The notes under the pieces are model-generated. The model saw only the letters and a program-made list of their open reading frames with translations, ran no database searches and was not told the DNA's origin. 64,000 nucleotides of DNA from Octopus vulgaris. Lineage: Eukaryota. The DNA is taken from contig OX597822.1 in assembly GCA_951406725.2 (NCBI GenBank), positions 70,494,001-70,558,000 on the forward strand, in the 5' to 3' direction. The position numbers were made by a program, and so were the translations under genes. Below, in pieces: positions 1 through 13,663 of this stretch; the stretch's first letter is position 1; the number at the start of each line of letters is the position of its first letter.

Positions 1-778
1 TGACACTTCTCTACATTTCTGTTGACATTTTTCAACAACAGTATCATCGAAAATCCTTGTGTATGATTACATCTCAGTGACACGATACTAGGTTTCTGCA
101 GCAACAACTTCAAGTAGGGGATCTTTACCTATCTTGATCTATAACTTCGTATTAAAGTCAAACAGTTGTTTGAATTGTCTCTTCTTGTGTGATTGTGCAT
201 CATTATCTCCTCCTGCACGTATGTTTGCGTGTGCATATGTCTGTGTCTTTATCCAAATATATACAAGGATGTAGACACACACACATATACGAATACATGC
301 TTGTACACATACTCACAAACCTGCGCATGCACACACACACACACACACGCACAGAAATACTGCATCGGAAGCATCCATAGCGTGTTGATCATCTGGTTGG
401 GTTGATTACAGACCCTGGATTAACAACAAAGTATTTGATCAGTAAACGTAAGCAGGAGATTGGGAAACTCAACAGCAGCTGTCTCACAATAGCTTGTTCT
501 AATGCTCCCAGTGTGTGCACGTGTGTCCAGAGTGTTTGTCTACACATTAAAAGGTGGCATCAATTTGGTTTAATGTGCTAAACAGTGCTCCTTGAAATTT
601 AATTGTTTGGTTTAACAGCCTGTTCTTCCATATTGTATGGTTTGGTTGAGTATCCTGTAATAATATTACACTGTAACAAAAAAGGATCAGTATAAAGTGA
701 AACAGAGCAGTGTCATGTACATTGTAGTTTTCAGGGGTGTGTTTGTGTTTATATAAAAAAAATATATATTTATATGTG

Positions 779-1200
779 TAGGAGTGGCTGTGTGGTAAGT
801 AGTTTGCTAACGAACCACATGGTTCCTGGTTCAGTCCCACTGCGTGGCACCTTGGACAAGTGTCTTCTATAGCCTCGGGCTGACGAAAGCCTTGTAAGTG
901 GATTTGGTAGACGGAAACTAAAAGAAGCCCGTCGTATATGTATGTATATATAATATATATATATGTATGTGTGTGTGTATATGTTTGTGTGTCTGTGTTT
1001 GTCCCCCCAACATTGCTTGACAACCGATGCTGGTGTGTTTACATCCCCGTAACTTAGCAGTTCAGCAAAAGAGACCAATAGAATAAGTACTAGGCTTACA
1101 AAGAATAAGTCCTGGGTTCAATTTGCTTGACTAAAGGTGGTGCTCCAGCATGGCCACAGTCAAATGACTGAAACAAGTAAAAGAGTTAAAAGAGAGTAAG
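779..1200 (+). mobile_element. SINE family A, full-length: tRNA-like head, CORE-like segment, internal (TA/TG) microsatellite, 3' module
   Basis: A-box-like GTGGCTGTGTGGTAA, B-box-like GGTTCAGTCCC, CACCTTGGACAAGTGTCTT, end AATGACTGAAACAAGTAAAAGAG; about ten homologous copies in the window. Confidence 0.9.
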
Positions 1201-1218
1201 AGTATATGTATATATATA

Positions 1219-1357
1219 GGGATGTGGGTTCGACTCCCACGCAGATAGGAAAGCCTTCTTTTTTCTATCGAGGGCTTATATGCCCCTTTATTAGACTATT
1301 TTCCTTAGTCGTTGCATGGTGATCGCCATAAGCTTTAAGCTTATATAAAAATACCAT
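1219..1357 (+). mobile_element. 5'-truncated tRNA-derived repeat (T-arm plus 3' body)
   Basis: T-arm/B-box GTGGGTTCGACTCCCAC; body CTTATATGCCCC...TAAGCTTATA...AATACCAT recurs at 33463-33541. Confidence 0.6.
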
Positions 1358-1504
1358 GACGTGATCACTTCATGTGAGCGACCAGGCTCTCAGATGTGGT
1401 TACACATTGCTGGTCACAATGCACTTTTTGTATCATTTTAGCCTTCAAATGATGCAACCCCACTGGCTAGGTGAGCAGCCCAACAATCCCCTCCAGATCA
1501 AAGG

Positions 1505-1632
1505 GGTGACTGGAGCAATGTGAAATGAAGTGTTTTGTTCAAGAACACAACGCACTGCCTTGTCAGGAAATTGAACCCAAGATCTTGTGGTTGTGAGTGC
1601 ACAGCCTATAAACTAGGCCATACTCCTTCACT
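1505..1632 (-). mobile_element. SINE family C, 5' fragment
   Basis: Minus strand has a tRNA-like head (TGGCCTAGT...GGGTTCAATTTC) then GTGTTCTTGAACAAAACACTTCATTTCAC; homologous to 5470-5589. Confidence 0.7.
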
Positions 1633-1672
1633 GAAACAAGAGATAAAGTACATAGTTATATATTCTTAAGTT

Positions 1673-2034
1673 AGTAAAGTTTATTTGCCAACAGAATGTG
1701 GCACTCTTATACAAGGACGATGTTACTATTGTTTAGCCCCAGGAAAAATCTTTTCCAATTGGCTATCAACACACTGCATCTATAGTATAAGCAAGGGAGG
1801 TCATCGCTCCCATCTCCAGCCCTCGTGATACTCACGGACCTTGATTTCTGAGTTGTTTCCCATCCTCAGTGCATGACAATCACAGGCTAGGGAAAAATTT
1901 TTTCCTGGGGTTATACAACAGTATCATCGTCCTTGTATAGGACTGCCACATTCTGTTGGCAAATAAACTTTCCTATTCGGTACTGTTACTGCATATCTCT
2001 CGCTCAGAGATTCAAAATGAGCTGTTATTCTCTT
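1673..2034. mobile_element. Foldback/MITE-like element with ~80-bp inverted arms
   Basis: Arms 1676-1756 and 1891-1971 are reverse complements with few mismatches; 12-bp direct repeat TATTCTTAAGTT at 1661-1672 and 2035-2046. Confidence 0.75.
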
Positions 2035-2797
2035 TATTCTTAAGTTCTTTAGTTAGTTTTAATTACAGTGACTCAGGCTCAGTTAGTGGTGAATCGCAAT
2101 AGCAGGATATTGTAGAAACCATTAGTTTATGATTAAGTCTGGAGTATATCCTTTTCTGACAGTTGTTCTTGAGTAGATTGGTCTTGGTGTTTCATTTAAT
2201 ACTCAATTAATGTAAAATATACATAACTTTACCATTATGTTTCTGTTGACCATGTTATGAGGTTTTGGTCAAGATTGTAATTTTAACATGAATGCTTTTG
2301 TATAATTCTCTCAAGTAGATTTGTAGTAAAAAGAGTTAAATATTTAGTGCTAGAGGTGGCTTGCTTTGAACTTTTTCTGTTTGTTACTTTGATTGTTCAG
2401 CTTCAGGAGAGATGTTGCTGCCATTGTTTTGTTTGTTCTCCCCCCCCCCGCTTTTTTTTTTTTCTGTAGGAGTGTCTTGTTGGTGTTTTCTTGTCAGACA
2501 GTGATTTTCCTTTTATCAGCCTCAAATAAAGCAAACCCTGTGTTTTGTTTCCTTAGAAGAAATTTTATCATTATTATCTTTATTTACCCTTGGTTCAAGT
2601 TCAAATCCCACTAAAGTTAGCTTTGCTTTTCATCTTTCTGGGATCAATGAAATAATGTACCAGTCAAGTAACTGAGATTTAATGCAATCTCTTAGAACAG
2701 GAATTGGGTACATCTTGAAGAACATGTACAGATGTGCTCAAAGTTAGCAAGAATGGTTGAGGAAAGTGTCCACTGTTAGCAAGAAAGTCCAACACAA

Positions 2798-2957
2798 GGC
2801 AGCGAGCTGGCAGAAACGTTAGCATGACGGGCGAAAAGCTTAGCAGTATTTCGTCTGCTGTTACGTTCTGAGTTCAAATTGCACCGAAGTCGACTTTGCC
2901 TTTCATCCTTTTGGGGGTCTATAAATTAAGTACCAGTTATGCACTGGGGTCGATGTA
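2798..2957 (+). mobile_element. SINE family B (tRNA head plus Nin/Deu-like central domain), 3'-truncated
   Basis: GGCAGCGAGCTGGCAGAAACGTTAGCA head, GAGTTCAAAT B-box, GCCTTTCATCCTTTTGGGGGTCTATAAATTAAGTACCAG domain; about six copies in the window. Confidence 0.85.
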
Positions 2958-3345
2958 GTTTGGATATCGGTCATGGTGGTTTTGACTTTACAATGAGTTA
3001 GGCCTAACAATAACAACAGTCGTCTCACACTGTGTCCCAAAAAACCCTCTACATCCAACTTCAATTGGAAAATGCTCCACGAAATTGTCATTTTTGTCAA
3101 AGAGAATGATGTCAGGCTTATATTGTGGTGGTCAGACAGTCTGTATTGCTTAAGATCAGTTGCATTATCACATCCTGGAGGCTCATGTGAGTACCTCACC
3201 GGCTTTTCTTGGAGCATTTGAAATTGGGTAACCGGGCATTTGTTGATTCACTTTTCTATGTTATTGCGCTTCCAAGTGTATTTTGTTGAAATTGATATGG
3301 AACATCCTCATGAAATTACGCCTTACTAATGCATTGTCTCACAAA
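2958..3345 (-). pseudogene. Decayed non-LTR retrotransposon C-terminus with zinc knuckle and restriction-like endonuclease (HERO/R2-group-like)
   Basis: Manual minus-strand translation gives, in order, GCSISISTKYTWKRN (cf. CxxxxxxxRYTWRHN), KPDIILFDK, FPIEVGCRGF, then after a frameshift LGHSVRRLLLLLG; stops and frameshifts present. Confidence 0.75.
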
Positions 3346-4845
3346 ATGCTATCAAGAATCTACTACTACTACTCTCATAGTAAGATTTGAACCATCTCAG
3401 TCTTAGGCAGGTAGACACTCTTCCTATTCCTCACCCACTGGTTGGGAAGGAGGGAGGTGTGAGAAGAGGGAGAAAGAGAATGAAAAGAGAGAAGAAACAG
3501 GTGTGACACATACATACATACATACATACAAAAATGCATACATACATACATACATACATACATACATGCATGCAAAAATGCATACATGAGATATTTAGTT
3601 TGTGAAAACATTGACTATGTTGATGGCCATACAGCATGTTGAAAATGGCTGCAAAGTATTAATTTAGAATTTATATTATTTCTGTATCCAGGTTAAGGGC
3701 CACTACATCTCAGTGGGAAGTAGTGCAGTTTCTCAAATGACATTATCAATGTCAAATTACATTAAAAGAGTGTCACTTAAAACTAACTATATTTTCATCA
3801 CAAATGGATATAAGCTTTTTTTCTTCCCTTTTCTTATTCTGATTTGTCACACTTGATCTTGAAATTTTCATTGTATTTCAACCAGCTGAACGTGTGGAAT
3901 TGGTAAATCATCCAATCCGTTCTTAAGTAGTAAATTGCTTCTATTGTTATTTATCAGTTGTTGTGTAAAGTTTTAATAGTTTTACGACCGAATTAGTTTC
4001 ATCACAACAAATCTTTGCTTGTAACAATTGGCTTTTAAATAGCATTTTACTATATAAACATGTGTGTGTGGGTGGGTGTCTGTCTGTCTGTGTGTGTGCG
4101 TATATGTGAGATAGTGAGGGAATGTTAGTTGAGATGAAGAAAGAAATATATTTCCTCAAGAGAGGAAAATAACTGTTAACTTATGCAGTGAATATTATTG
4201 GAGACCAATGTTGCAGTTTTGGCCAACAGGTAGGCAAACAGAAACAGCAGTACTCTACACGGCAACTTTGTATTGTACGGGAGATTTCTGATAAGTGGAT
4301 AAAATGGCAGTGCTTCTTGAAAGGTTGAACATAATTTCGTCATTGTTAGGTGTATATATATATACACACACACAGATGTAATTATCATTGCTATATTTTA
4401 CTCAAAATTTTTTTCCCCCCAGATATTATATATTTATTTATTTTTTTTTTTGCTTTCCTTGTGTCTGATTTACTCATGCCTTAAAGGGATCGGTCTATTA
4501 TTGAAAATATGACAAATATTCTTTCTGAAAGGAATGAGCAATTTCTGGAATCTTCCCAGATGATAGAAAAAAAATTTTTTTTTATTTATTTTCAAGACTC
4601 TTGAAGAATACAATACTAAATACTAGCTATTTTGTTGCTGTTGTTGTTGCTGTTGTATTCTGTTGTTCATATTGCAAAGGATAAAGGTGAAACACACTTG
4701 TACAACTGACTACTTAGTCTGCCATTTAACTCTTGAGTATCTGTGTTTGTGTGATTTATTATCAAGGTGGTAGGTAAGTTATGTATGTACCTGTAATTGA
4801 AATGATCTTTCTATACTCCAAGCATTACCTGCCTTGAGGTATGTG

Positions 4846-5210
4846 TCATCATCATCCTCATCAACATCCTCACCATTTCGCATCCGTTTTTCATGCTGGC
4901 ATGGGTTAGGAGGTGTTTGTAGGAGCTGTTAAGTCAGATGCCATTGCCAAGATCCACTGTCTACTTTGGCATGGTTTCTATGGCTGGATGCTGTTCCTAA
5001 CACCTACCATTTTACAGTGTGTACTGAGTGCTTTTTAATTGGCACCAGCACCAGTGAGGTCACCAGGTAACTCACCAAGTCAAGACCCCTCAGTTGAGAT
5101 GTGGAAAGTAGTATTAAGGGAGATGGTTTTGTGTCACATGATGAGAGGCTAAAGTATGATTGAGGAGCAGAAACAGGTGTCTTGTTGTAAAAGAGATACA
5201 TGGCTACCCC
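4846..5210 (-). mobile_element. Retroposon family D (SINE or LINE 3' end) with (GAT)n tail
   Basis: (ATC)n, then TTTCATGCTGGCATGGGTT...GGCTGGATGCTGTTCCTAAC on +; homologous to 13861 and 63945. Confidence 0.75.
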
Positions 5211-5218
5211 AGTAAGTA

Positions 5219-5265
<47 letters not shown>

Positions 5266-5270
<5 letters not shown>

Positions 5271-5589
5271 AAAATCCCCTTCGGTTATGAATGACCATGA
5301 GATTGCGCCTAGAAAGTTACCATCCAAGGCACAAGTCAGGGCAAGGTTGTTTATGGAAAACCAGCAGCTGTCCATGCATGCCAGTCTCCCCTCTCCATGC
5401 CACTCATGTTATCCAAGGAAAAGGCAGAGGCTGATACAACTCAGCACCAGTGATGTCTCAACTCATTTCTGCAGCTGAGTGATCTGGAACAACATGAAAT
5501 AAAGTGTCTTGCTCAAGAACATAACACAGCCTGGTCCAGTAATCAAACTCACTACCTCATGATTGTGAACCCGACGCTCTAACCACTGG
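5266..5589 (-). mobile_element. SINE family C, near full-length, between microsatellite tracts
   Basis: Minus-strand head CAGTGGTTAGAGCGTCGGGTTCAC, then GTTCTTGAGCAAGACACTTTATTTC and CACTCAGCTGCAGAAATGAG. Confidence 0.8.
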
Positions 5590-5618
5590 TGTGTGTGTGT
5601 GTGTGTATGTACACACAC

Positions 5619-5678
<60 letters not shown>

Positions 5679-8600
5679 TGGAATAGTGGGTCTTGAAGCA
5701 CACATAAAGCTCTAGATAAATGTAGTGATTTGTACTTTAGAGGAATGTTTTCAAATTTTTTTGTTTTTAAATAAACTGGATTTTAGTTATACAAGTAATG
5801 ATGATACCGTGTGGACACCTCACTTTTCTCATTGTTTAGTGAAATTAGAAGTTATTAATTTCCAGCTTGTGAACCATTTAAAGAGGAAGAAGGGAAAAAA
5901 AAGTGGTGTTCTGTTGTCATGGTGTAATAACAACATTCTACTTTATTTTCTTCGTTTCAGTGAAAAGCTATTGTCCACTATTGTAATAGCTACTTATTAA
6001 AATTTGCTGTATTTCTTTGCACTAAATAAATAATTTCATAGTTGATGAAACAATCAACGAAGTCTTGTAATGTTTTAGTGATGATACTACTAGCAGCCAG
6101 AATTACTAGGACAATATTATATTCATTAGCTATCATTAGAATAAAATTAAAATGATTTATTTAACTTCTTGCCAGTTCTTTTACAATTCAGCAAGCATTG
6201 GTTTTTCTCTTTGTTCCTATCATGTCTGTCTTTATTTCTGTCTGGAATTTATTGCTTTTTCTCATAACACTTCAGAAAGATGGTGATAGTTTGTGAGGAC
6301 ATGAAGATTTTGGTGATACTGTTGGTGTCTGTATTTATGATATCTAAATTCCAGCCATTGTCAATTATATGCTCCTCTCCAATGATGAGCTAGGAATATT
6401 CTATCATGTAACTGATATGTAATAATTTAACAAGGAAGATCACTACCACCCCTATAAAACAGACAAAACAAATAATATTTCTTAAAAATGTTATTTTTTG
6501 TGAAAGGATTCTTAAATTTCAAAAGCAAGAATAGAACACATTTGACAGTTATTGAGAAAAATTAGAGAATTTATGCTAAGCAAGAATCACATTGAAGTTG
6601 AAGTAGTTTGATTTTATTCAGTTGCAAAAATATTTGGGAAAGTGTAAATTTATTTTGTGTTAAGTGGAAAAAGTATTGCATGTTCTTCCTAACTTTATTT
6701 GGTGATATTTATCTTCAGCAGCATGGCTTCAAATATTTTTCAGAAAGTAATTTATCTCTTTTCTTGAATGACAGTGAAAAACCAATTTCATATTGAATTT
6801 TTGAGAAATAGCTTCATTGTTAAAAAAAAAAATCTTTCTTTTTCTTCTTCTTCTTCCTGTTTTTCTCCATAATCTGATTCACTTCACTCTCAAAGATGTT
6901 CTTCATCATAACTTCAGACCCCTAAAGTTTACATTCGTTTTAATCAGAAGTTAACTATTCCAATATATTTTCAAGTGCAAGGTTTCTTTCAAGAATTGAT
7001 TATTTTTTAAGCTGCAATCATAGATATAAGCCATCTGTGAAAGTGTCCATTAACTTTCTGTCCAGAAGGGATGAGAGAAAATTAGTAACTCTGTTTGTTC
7101 TTAGCATCACTTCCTAACTGGAGTTAGGATCTGCTTTGATAGGCTTGCATATCTCTAATTTATTCTTTATCAGATTAGTCTAGTCCATTGGCAAGCAAAG
7201 GAAACCCTTATGAAAACCACTTATAGGATTCTGTGAGCGAGAAAAGATTGCTTTTAGCTGAAGTAGATTTCCTGCTTCCCACGACTCCTCCTTCCAAACC
7301 TCTCCATGCAGAAGTGGAGCCATAGAGAAAGGAGAGAGTGGCATGTAGTCAGCTATAAATATTCTCGTGCATGTAACATGTGTAGGAATCTACCATCTGT
7401 CATTAAACAGCTGAGAATTCTGATCTGAAACCAGAAGTCTGCCACCCTTACACCGGCAACAATGTTATCTGCCGCTAGCACTTTTCTGACCTGCATTGTT
7501 CACCCTTCAGGAATCTCGTGTCTGCTTCTCATCTTACTTTACACTGAATGTTTATTACAATCAAAGTGAAATGCACATACATGCAAGTGCATGTACACAC
7601 ACATAAACACACACACACACACACACACACAGAGTTTCTTTCTGTTATTAATCATTGTTGATAAATATTGTGTCTGATGTTGATGTAGGTAAAGAATTGT
7701 TTCTCTTTTTGATTTAGGAGTTGGGGGAAAAATATATGGCTGGCTCTGTTAGACTGATTCTCAGACTAAATAACAAGAAAAATAACCTGTTTGATATTTC
7801 CTGAGTACAAGTTAGCAAATTACCTTTCCGTACATATTTAACTAGCTCTGTGCCACACCCATTTATATCCCCACCTCTACATGTTGGATAGCTGTTTAGT
7901 TTAGTTTGTTCATTTATTCTATCCAGTTTTAGTACATATTCACATGTTCCAAATGAATGGACGGATCTGAGCAAACTAACAAGGCATTAATAATGGTGTA
8001 TTACAAAAGAGATGTGGTGGAGGTATGCGGAACACAAATGCAGAGTTTTGAAATGAAGGGGGGGAAAAATTATTGAAAATCAGTCCATAAAAATGAGCAG
8101 CAAACATTGAATAATAGGTTAATGGAATTGTCTGTTTGAGGATAATATAAATAATAATTTTTAAAAATTTAAAAGATTTTCAAATTCTTTGATTTCTATT
8201 TTGTTTATATCAAACACACATTTATACACACACATTCACATACACTTTTGTTCTTATTTTTAGTGTTAAAAATCTTTTAAAATTTTGTATGTTGTAAATG
8301 TTACAAGTAATAAAGATTTTCTGAAGATATTCATGTGAGCAAGAAATTTTTGAACAAATGTCAGAGAAAATCTAAGTGAGTTATTTCAATTGGTATTGTG
8401 TTGTATTTTATATAGAGACAAGTTTAATGGTTTGTAATATTTATCTAAAAGTGTACTATTTCACAGCGAGAAACTGTGTGAAGGTTGGGAGAGTTGCAAG
8501 ATTTAGACAAAAGCGAGACGCACAAAAAAGTTCTTATATAACCTATTAGAATATACGAGGGTTAAGCTTCTTGCAGGCTGGGTTCACAACCTAATTTTGT

Positions 8601-10454
8601 TCCTTATGTTCATTTACTGGAATATTACCTGTGAGAAAGGCATGAATTTCTTAACCTCTGGTTCTCCCTTCCTCTCATATTAATAGGGATCATACTACTG
8701 ACCCTGAAGTCGAAGGTTATCTGTATTCATTATGAAATATTATTATTAATGAAAGGAGAGGAATTTTTTCCATGCTACTATTTCAAACTGTGTTGTGGTT
8801 TTTACTAGAGAGAGGGGGAAGAGGGAGAAGGACGGAGAGGGGGTATCGAATACTGATGTTGTGAGCTGGTAAACAAGCCTAACTATTTGTGGAGAATAGA
8901 AATGTGGTAAAAATGGAAGTCAAAGACTAGCTGGAGTATTTTTAGACGGTATTCTTCGTTAATTATTGTTGAGACGAACATGGTATGAACACTGATATTT
9001 GCTGGAGAGAAACACTCAATATCGTGCAAGAATTAAAGAAACAATTTTGTGCATCTCTCAAACCACATTTAATTGATGATGGTGGTGATGATGATAATAG
9101 TCGTGGTGGCGGTGAGGATGATTATGCATTGAATAAAACATCAATTCCACTCTCTGTTCATTCAGTTGGAGAATTGTCTCTGATCACTTCTACTCTCCAC
9201 TCTCCACCCTTCTGGTTACTAATATACATTTTGATTCCTATTGCTATTCTTATATAGTCATACGTTTTATGCATAATCTACAACTTTGACCTGTTGTCAT
9301 GAATATATATAAATATATATGCAAATTTTAAATAAGAATATAGTTCCGAAGAGACTGCTGTTAATACTGAGTTCAAATATCCGCTCTAGCTTCCCTGTAC
9401 TTCATGTTTGTCCGTGCGACTCCGTTGATTTCCATTTAGATTGATTATATACTAGCAACTAAAACATGCCAGTGTACAGAATGGCATATCTCTTGTGTGT
9501 AGGAGTTATATTTAATTATCAGATCATTATTAAGGAAATTAAATTTTCTAACAATAATATTGTATATTTTATTAGTTCTTCGAGAAGTTGCAAAATATGT
9601 TTATATATTTATTTCCTGTAAGCTTATTGGAAATCAAATCTACGTTTTAATTTCAGAGTACCTTCTTCTCCCTAATAACCAGCTAATCTTTAATGGTGGC
9701 ATTGCTGTCTCTTCACTGTCTATCTGCAGATTTCTCGTAGTTTCTTCCACTATTGGTTCAGATAAAGTTTCCTCTCCCTGTCTGGCAACAAAGATAAAGA
9801 TAGTTGAATGTATTTGCTATCATTTATTTACTTGGTAAAATAGTTATTATGCTGGTGTCATGTTAGGGACTTCAATTTATTTATATAACGTGCTGATTGC
9901 AATATTAGCTTGTGCGATGTCAAGCAATGCTGCCTGACATCTTTTCATGAAACCTGAGTCATACTAATAAAGGAATTAATTGGATAGAAGTGGGGGGGGG
10001 GGGGAGGAGAAAATTTACAAATCAATTATTGAGAAAAGAAAAATGAGATTAATTTTATTATTCTCTTCTTCTCTGTTTGCATCTTAAATTTTAAATAAAA
10101 AAAAAAACAAAGAAATAAAATTAAAGTATTCGGTGAATTTTTCTTTGTTTCTGAGCCTTTCATTGGAAGGAAGTTTGGTGATGATATTACATGTTAAATT
10201 TGTCATTGAAGTCAAGAATAATTTGGGTTTGAGGAAGTTTGGTTCAAAAGTTAAAACCAACAGAAGAAAGGTTAGTACGTGAAAAACAAGGGGCGACCTG
10301 TCTAAAACTTGCTCTTAAAGTAAAATGTGTTGGAATCAGTAAATAGTGTGTAGCCAAAATATATTCTTTTGAATCTTCAGAAACAGAGATTACATTGTGT
10401 TTGTCTGTAGTTAAACAGCAAATTCAATGTTGTTAGGTTCAAATTATATATATA

Positions 10455-10799
10455 GGCACAAGTGTGCCTCACAACCACATGATTCTGAGTCCAGATCTAC
10501 TATGTGGCACCTTGGAAAGGTGTCTTCTACTATAGCCTTAGGCTGACCAAAGCCTTGTGAGTGGATTTAGTAGACGGAAACTGAAAGAAGCCTGTTGTGT
10601 ATGTGTTTCCCATTACTACTTGACAACCGGTGTTGGCATGCTTACATCCCTGTAATTTAGTGGTTCAGCAAAAGAGACCAATAGAATAAGTACTAGGCTG
10701 CAAAAAAAAAAAAAAAATGAGTACAGGCCTTGATTCATTTGACAAAAAATTCTTCAAGGTGTTCATGGTCTAATGACTGAAACTTAGTAAAATATAAGA
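10455..10799 (+). mobile_element. SINE family A, diverged
   Basis: Colinear with 779-1200, e.g. AAAGCCTTGTGAGTGGATTTAGTAGACGGAAACTGAAAGAAGCC; deletion in the head. Confidence 0.85.
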
Positions 10800-11699
10800 T
10801 ACCATGTATACTGTATTTGATGGCATATAAGAAGTACAATTTTTCAAAAGAAAAAGAAAGCTTTCAAATCGCACTACGTCCTGTGTGCAAAGTTGGCCTC
10901 CCATAAGCTTTAATGCACTAAAAACTTCTCCTGAATGTGCACTGGTGAAATTGAAATGTGTCTAATAGACCCATGTGTCTTTTATGCCAGCAGATATGGT
11001 GATCTATCTTTATGGTGTAGTCTGAGACAAGGTATGTCATGCCTGCTTCGTTTATACCTAAGTGAAATATCTACACCATTTTAACTTGACTGATGGAACT
11101 AATGGTGATGTTAATGTTAACTCTGTCATTGCCAGAATTTCTATGAAATATAATGTTCATGCCTCAATCAGTTTTGAAAATATTCAAGAATTTTGAGGAA
11201 TTCAGTAAAATAACTTTCTCATTTATTGGTGCACGACAAAATTTTAGGTAGTGAATTTAGAAATGGTATCAGTTTAAAGTAAAAAATGACTCATGATATT
11301 TGTTCCACCTCTTTGTGTTTTGTGTTCAAATCCCATCAGGTCAGCTACATACATGCAACTTTGTTTGTCTATGGGTACACACTGGTGTATCTGTGTGTAT
11401 GTGTGTGTGTGTATGTGTTGAATTTAATGTATGATAGCGTCTTATAAAGCTAGATTTATATATCCGAAAATTGCAGAAGAATTTGTCGCTGGGCAGTTTA
11501 ACTTGATGTGTAATCACAGGGATGTGAATTTGAGTCTCATGGTTGGCCACTGACAGATTTTTCTGCAAAATATGGATAGTTTACCCTGTTCATGCTATAT
11601 TATTAGCATTATCCTGTGTTTGAGAATAAAATTCTTTCAATACATCTCAACTCTTCTAAAGCAAACATTGTTTGTTGACTTTCAACGTAAGTTGAATTT

Positions 11700-11759
<60 letters not shown>

Positions 11760-11862
11760 TACACATATTTATATATGTCTTTTTAAGGTCTTTAAAACAA
11801 GGCACTGGTCTCAGGTAGTGGAATTATTAGTCTTGAATGAGGTGCCTTGCAAAACTTTTTTC

Positions 11863-12075
11863 GGTGACCTGGCAGTGTTGTTATCATGCTGGGCAAAATG
11901 TTAAGTGACATTTTATCTGTTTTTACATTCTGAGTCCAAATTTCGCTGAGGTCAGCTTTGCCTTTCATCCTTTTGAGGCCAATGAAGTAAGTACCAGTTG
12001 AACACTACGGTCAATACAATAAACTTACAACCATCCCCTAAAATTGCTGGCCTTGTGCCTGAAACTTGAAACCAA
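11863..12075 (+). mobile_element. SINE family B, old copy with GGCCTTGTGCC-type 3' tail
   Basis: CTTTGCCTTTCATCCTTTTGAGG...AAGTACCAGTTG; tail AAATTGCTGGCCTTGTGCC shared with the copy at 27100-27320. Confidence 0.8.
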
Positions 12076-12624
12076 ATATTTCTTCTGCATTCTGTGTTGA
12101 AGATAGTTAGTTTAATTTGTTGCCTGGTTTAATACCACTTTCTGATACTTTGGGTCCATTCTATTCCAAGTAGTCAGACCAGGTCTTCAGATTGTGGGTT
12201 CTCTCCTTCATCTCACATCTTTTGGAAGCCCTGTAAAAATAAGGATGCTGGACTCTGCACTCTTCTTTTTGTAAGTTTTAAAATAACTTGAGCTTCTTGC
12301 ATAAAACTGTATCAGATGGTTTTATTTGAAATACGGATTCTCTAACACTGATCATTTCATGTCATAGAACCAGGGCTGCTCCTAGCTGGATTGGTATCAA
12401 AAGAAAGTTACAGGATGATGACTGATGGTTAGTGTAGCCAAAATATAAAATAGTTGTGTAAATGTATTGTTTACTTCTAAATAAATTGCTAATTGGCTTT
12501 TATTCTTCAAAAAATTTCATTTTCCTTTTTATCTTCTTAATCTCTTTAGTACAACAGCCACTACGATCACAGTCCTAAAGTCGTTGCAATTGCACATACA
12601 TGCTTCACACTCATTTCCCTTGCA

Positions 12625-12878
12625 CTCCTCCTCCTCCTCAATCCATTTCCTCCCCTTCCTACTTTCTCCTCTACCTCCTTCCACTTCCCCCTACCTCCTC
12701 CCCTTCTCTATCCCTCCTCTACCTCTCTTCTCTTCCTCCTCTACCTCTCTTCTCTTCCTCCTCCTTTCCTCTATTCCTCCTCTACCCTTCTTCTCTTCCT
12801 CCTCCAGGTCTCACCCACCTCCCCTTCTTCCTTTCTCCTCTTCCCTCTCTCCCTTCTTCCTCCCCTCCCCCCTCCTCA
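12625..12878. repeat. Polypyrimidine (CCT/CTT) low-complexity tract
   Basis: About 250 bp almost entirely C/T on +. Confidence 0.9.
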
Positions 12879-12938
12879 CACATGCACTGACGTGCAAGCA
12901 TATGCCTATACACTTATCATTTTGGCACGTGTGCACAT

Positions 12939-12993
<55 letters not shown>

Positions 12994-13165
12994 CACCTCT
13001 GTGCACGTATGCACTCACCTCTGTGTTTGCGTTCACACCTTTTCAAACAAGCACATGCTCCTTTCTAAAACCTTTGTCAATATACGCAACCCTAATAACA
13101 ACCGTGTTTATGCTAAAATATGTCAGACCTGATACCAAGAAAGGGAAATATTTGACCAATGACGC

Positions 13166-13235
<70 letters not shown>

Positions 13236-13663
13236 GGAGTGGAAGAAGGAAGGAGACAGATATTGGTTCTCCAAATCTTGTATGTGTTAGGGTGAGAGTG
13301 GTGGTAAATAGAGTTGGCTGTTTGACTTGCAGGATGATTTTCATAGCACTATAAAAAAACTTACCAAGTTTCACCTTTTACACACACACACACGCACACA
13401 TTCCACTGGAGCTATTGATATCAGAAGGACAAGGAAGGTTTCAATGCCTTCTTTTATTGATTAGTCCCATTGTCATTTTGGATCTTCAGTGTATTTTTAT
13501 CATGATGTTGGTATGTTGTTGTCAGCACTTTACATATGTTGCTGTTGGGTTGCCCAAACATGGCTCCATCAAACCTATGAGAAACAGCATCCAACCATGG
13601 CCATCTCATCTTTTTCACATACTTAGGATTATACAATTGAATGTGTCCCTTCCCTTCTTTAAA

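Noticed and set aside
547-1078. Recurring peptide VSVYQIHxQGF...HAVxLNxEPCG in several ORFs
   Set aside because: Antisense translation of SINE family A copies, not a gene family
1219-1245. tRNA gene suggested by GTGGGTTCGACTCCCAC
   Set aside because: Only a T-arm is present, with no D or anticodon arm; it is a repeat fragment
5589-5632. (GT)n-(AC)n foldback, with similar (GAT)n/(ATC)n pairs at 34653-34895
   Set aside because: Adjacent complementary microsatellites are common throughout the window and carry no specific signal
12130-12400. Possible LINE RNase H remnant on minus (GAALV…)
   Set aside because: Catalytic motifs could not be recovered without several assumed frameshifts
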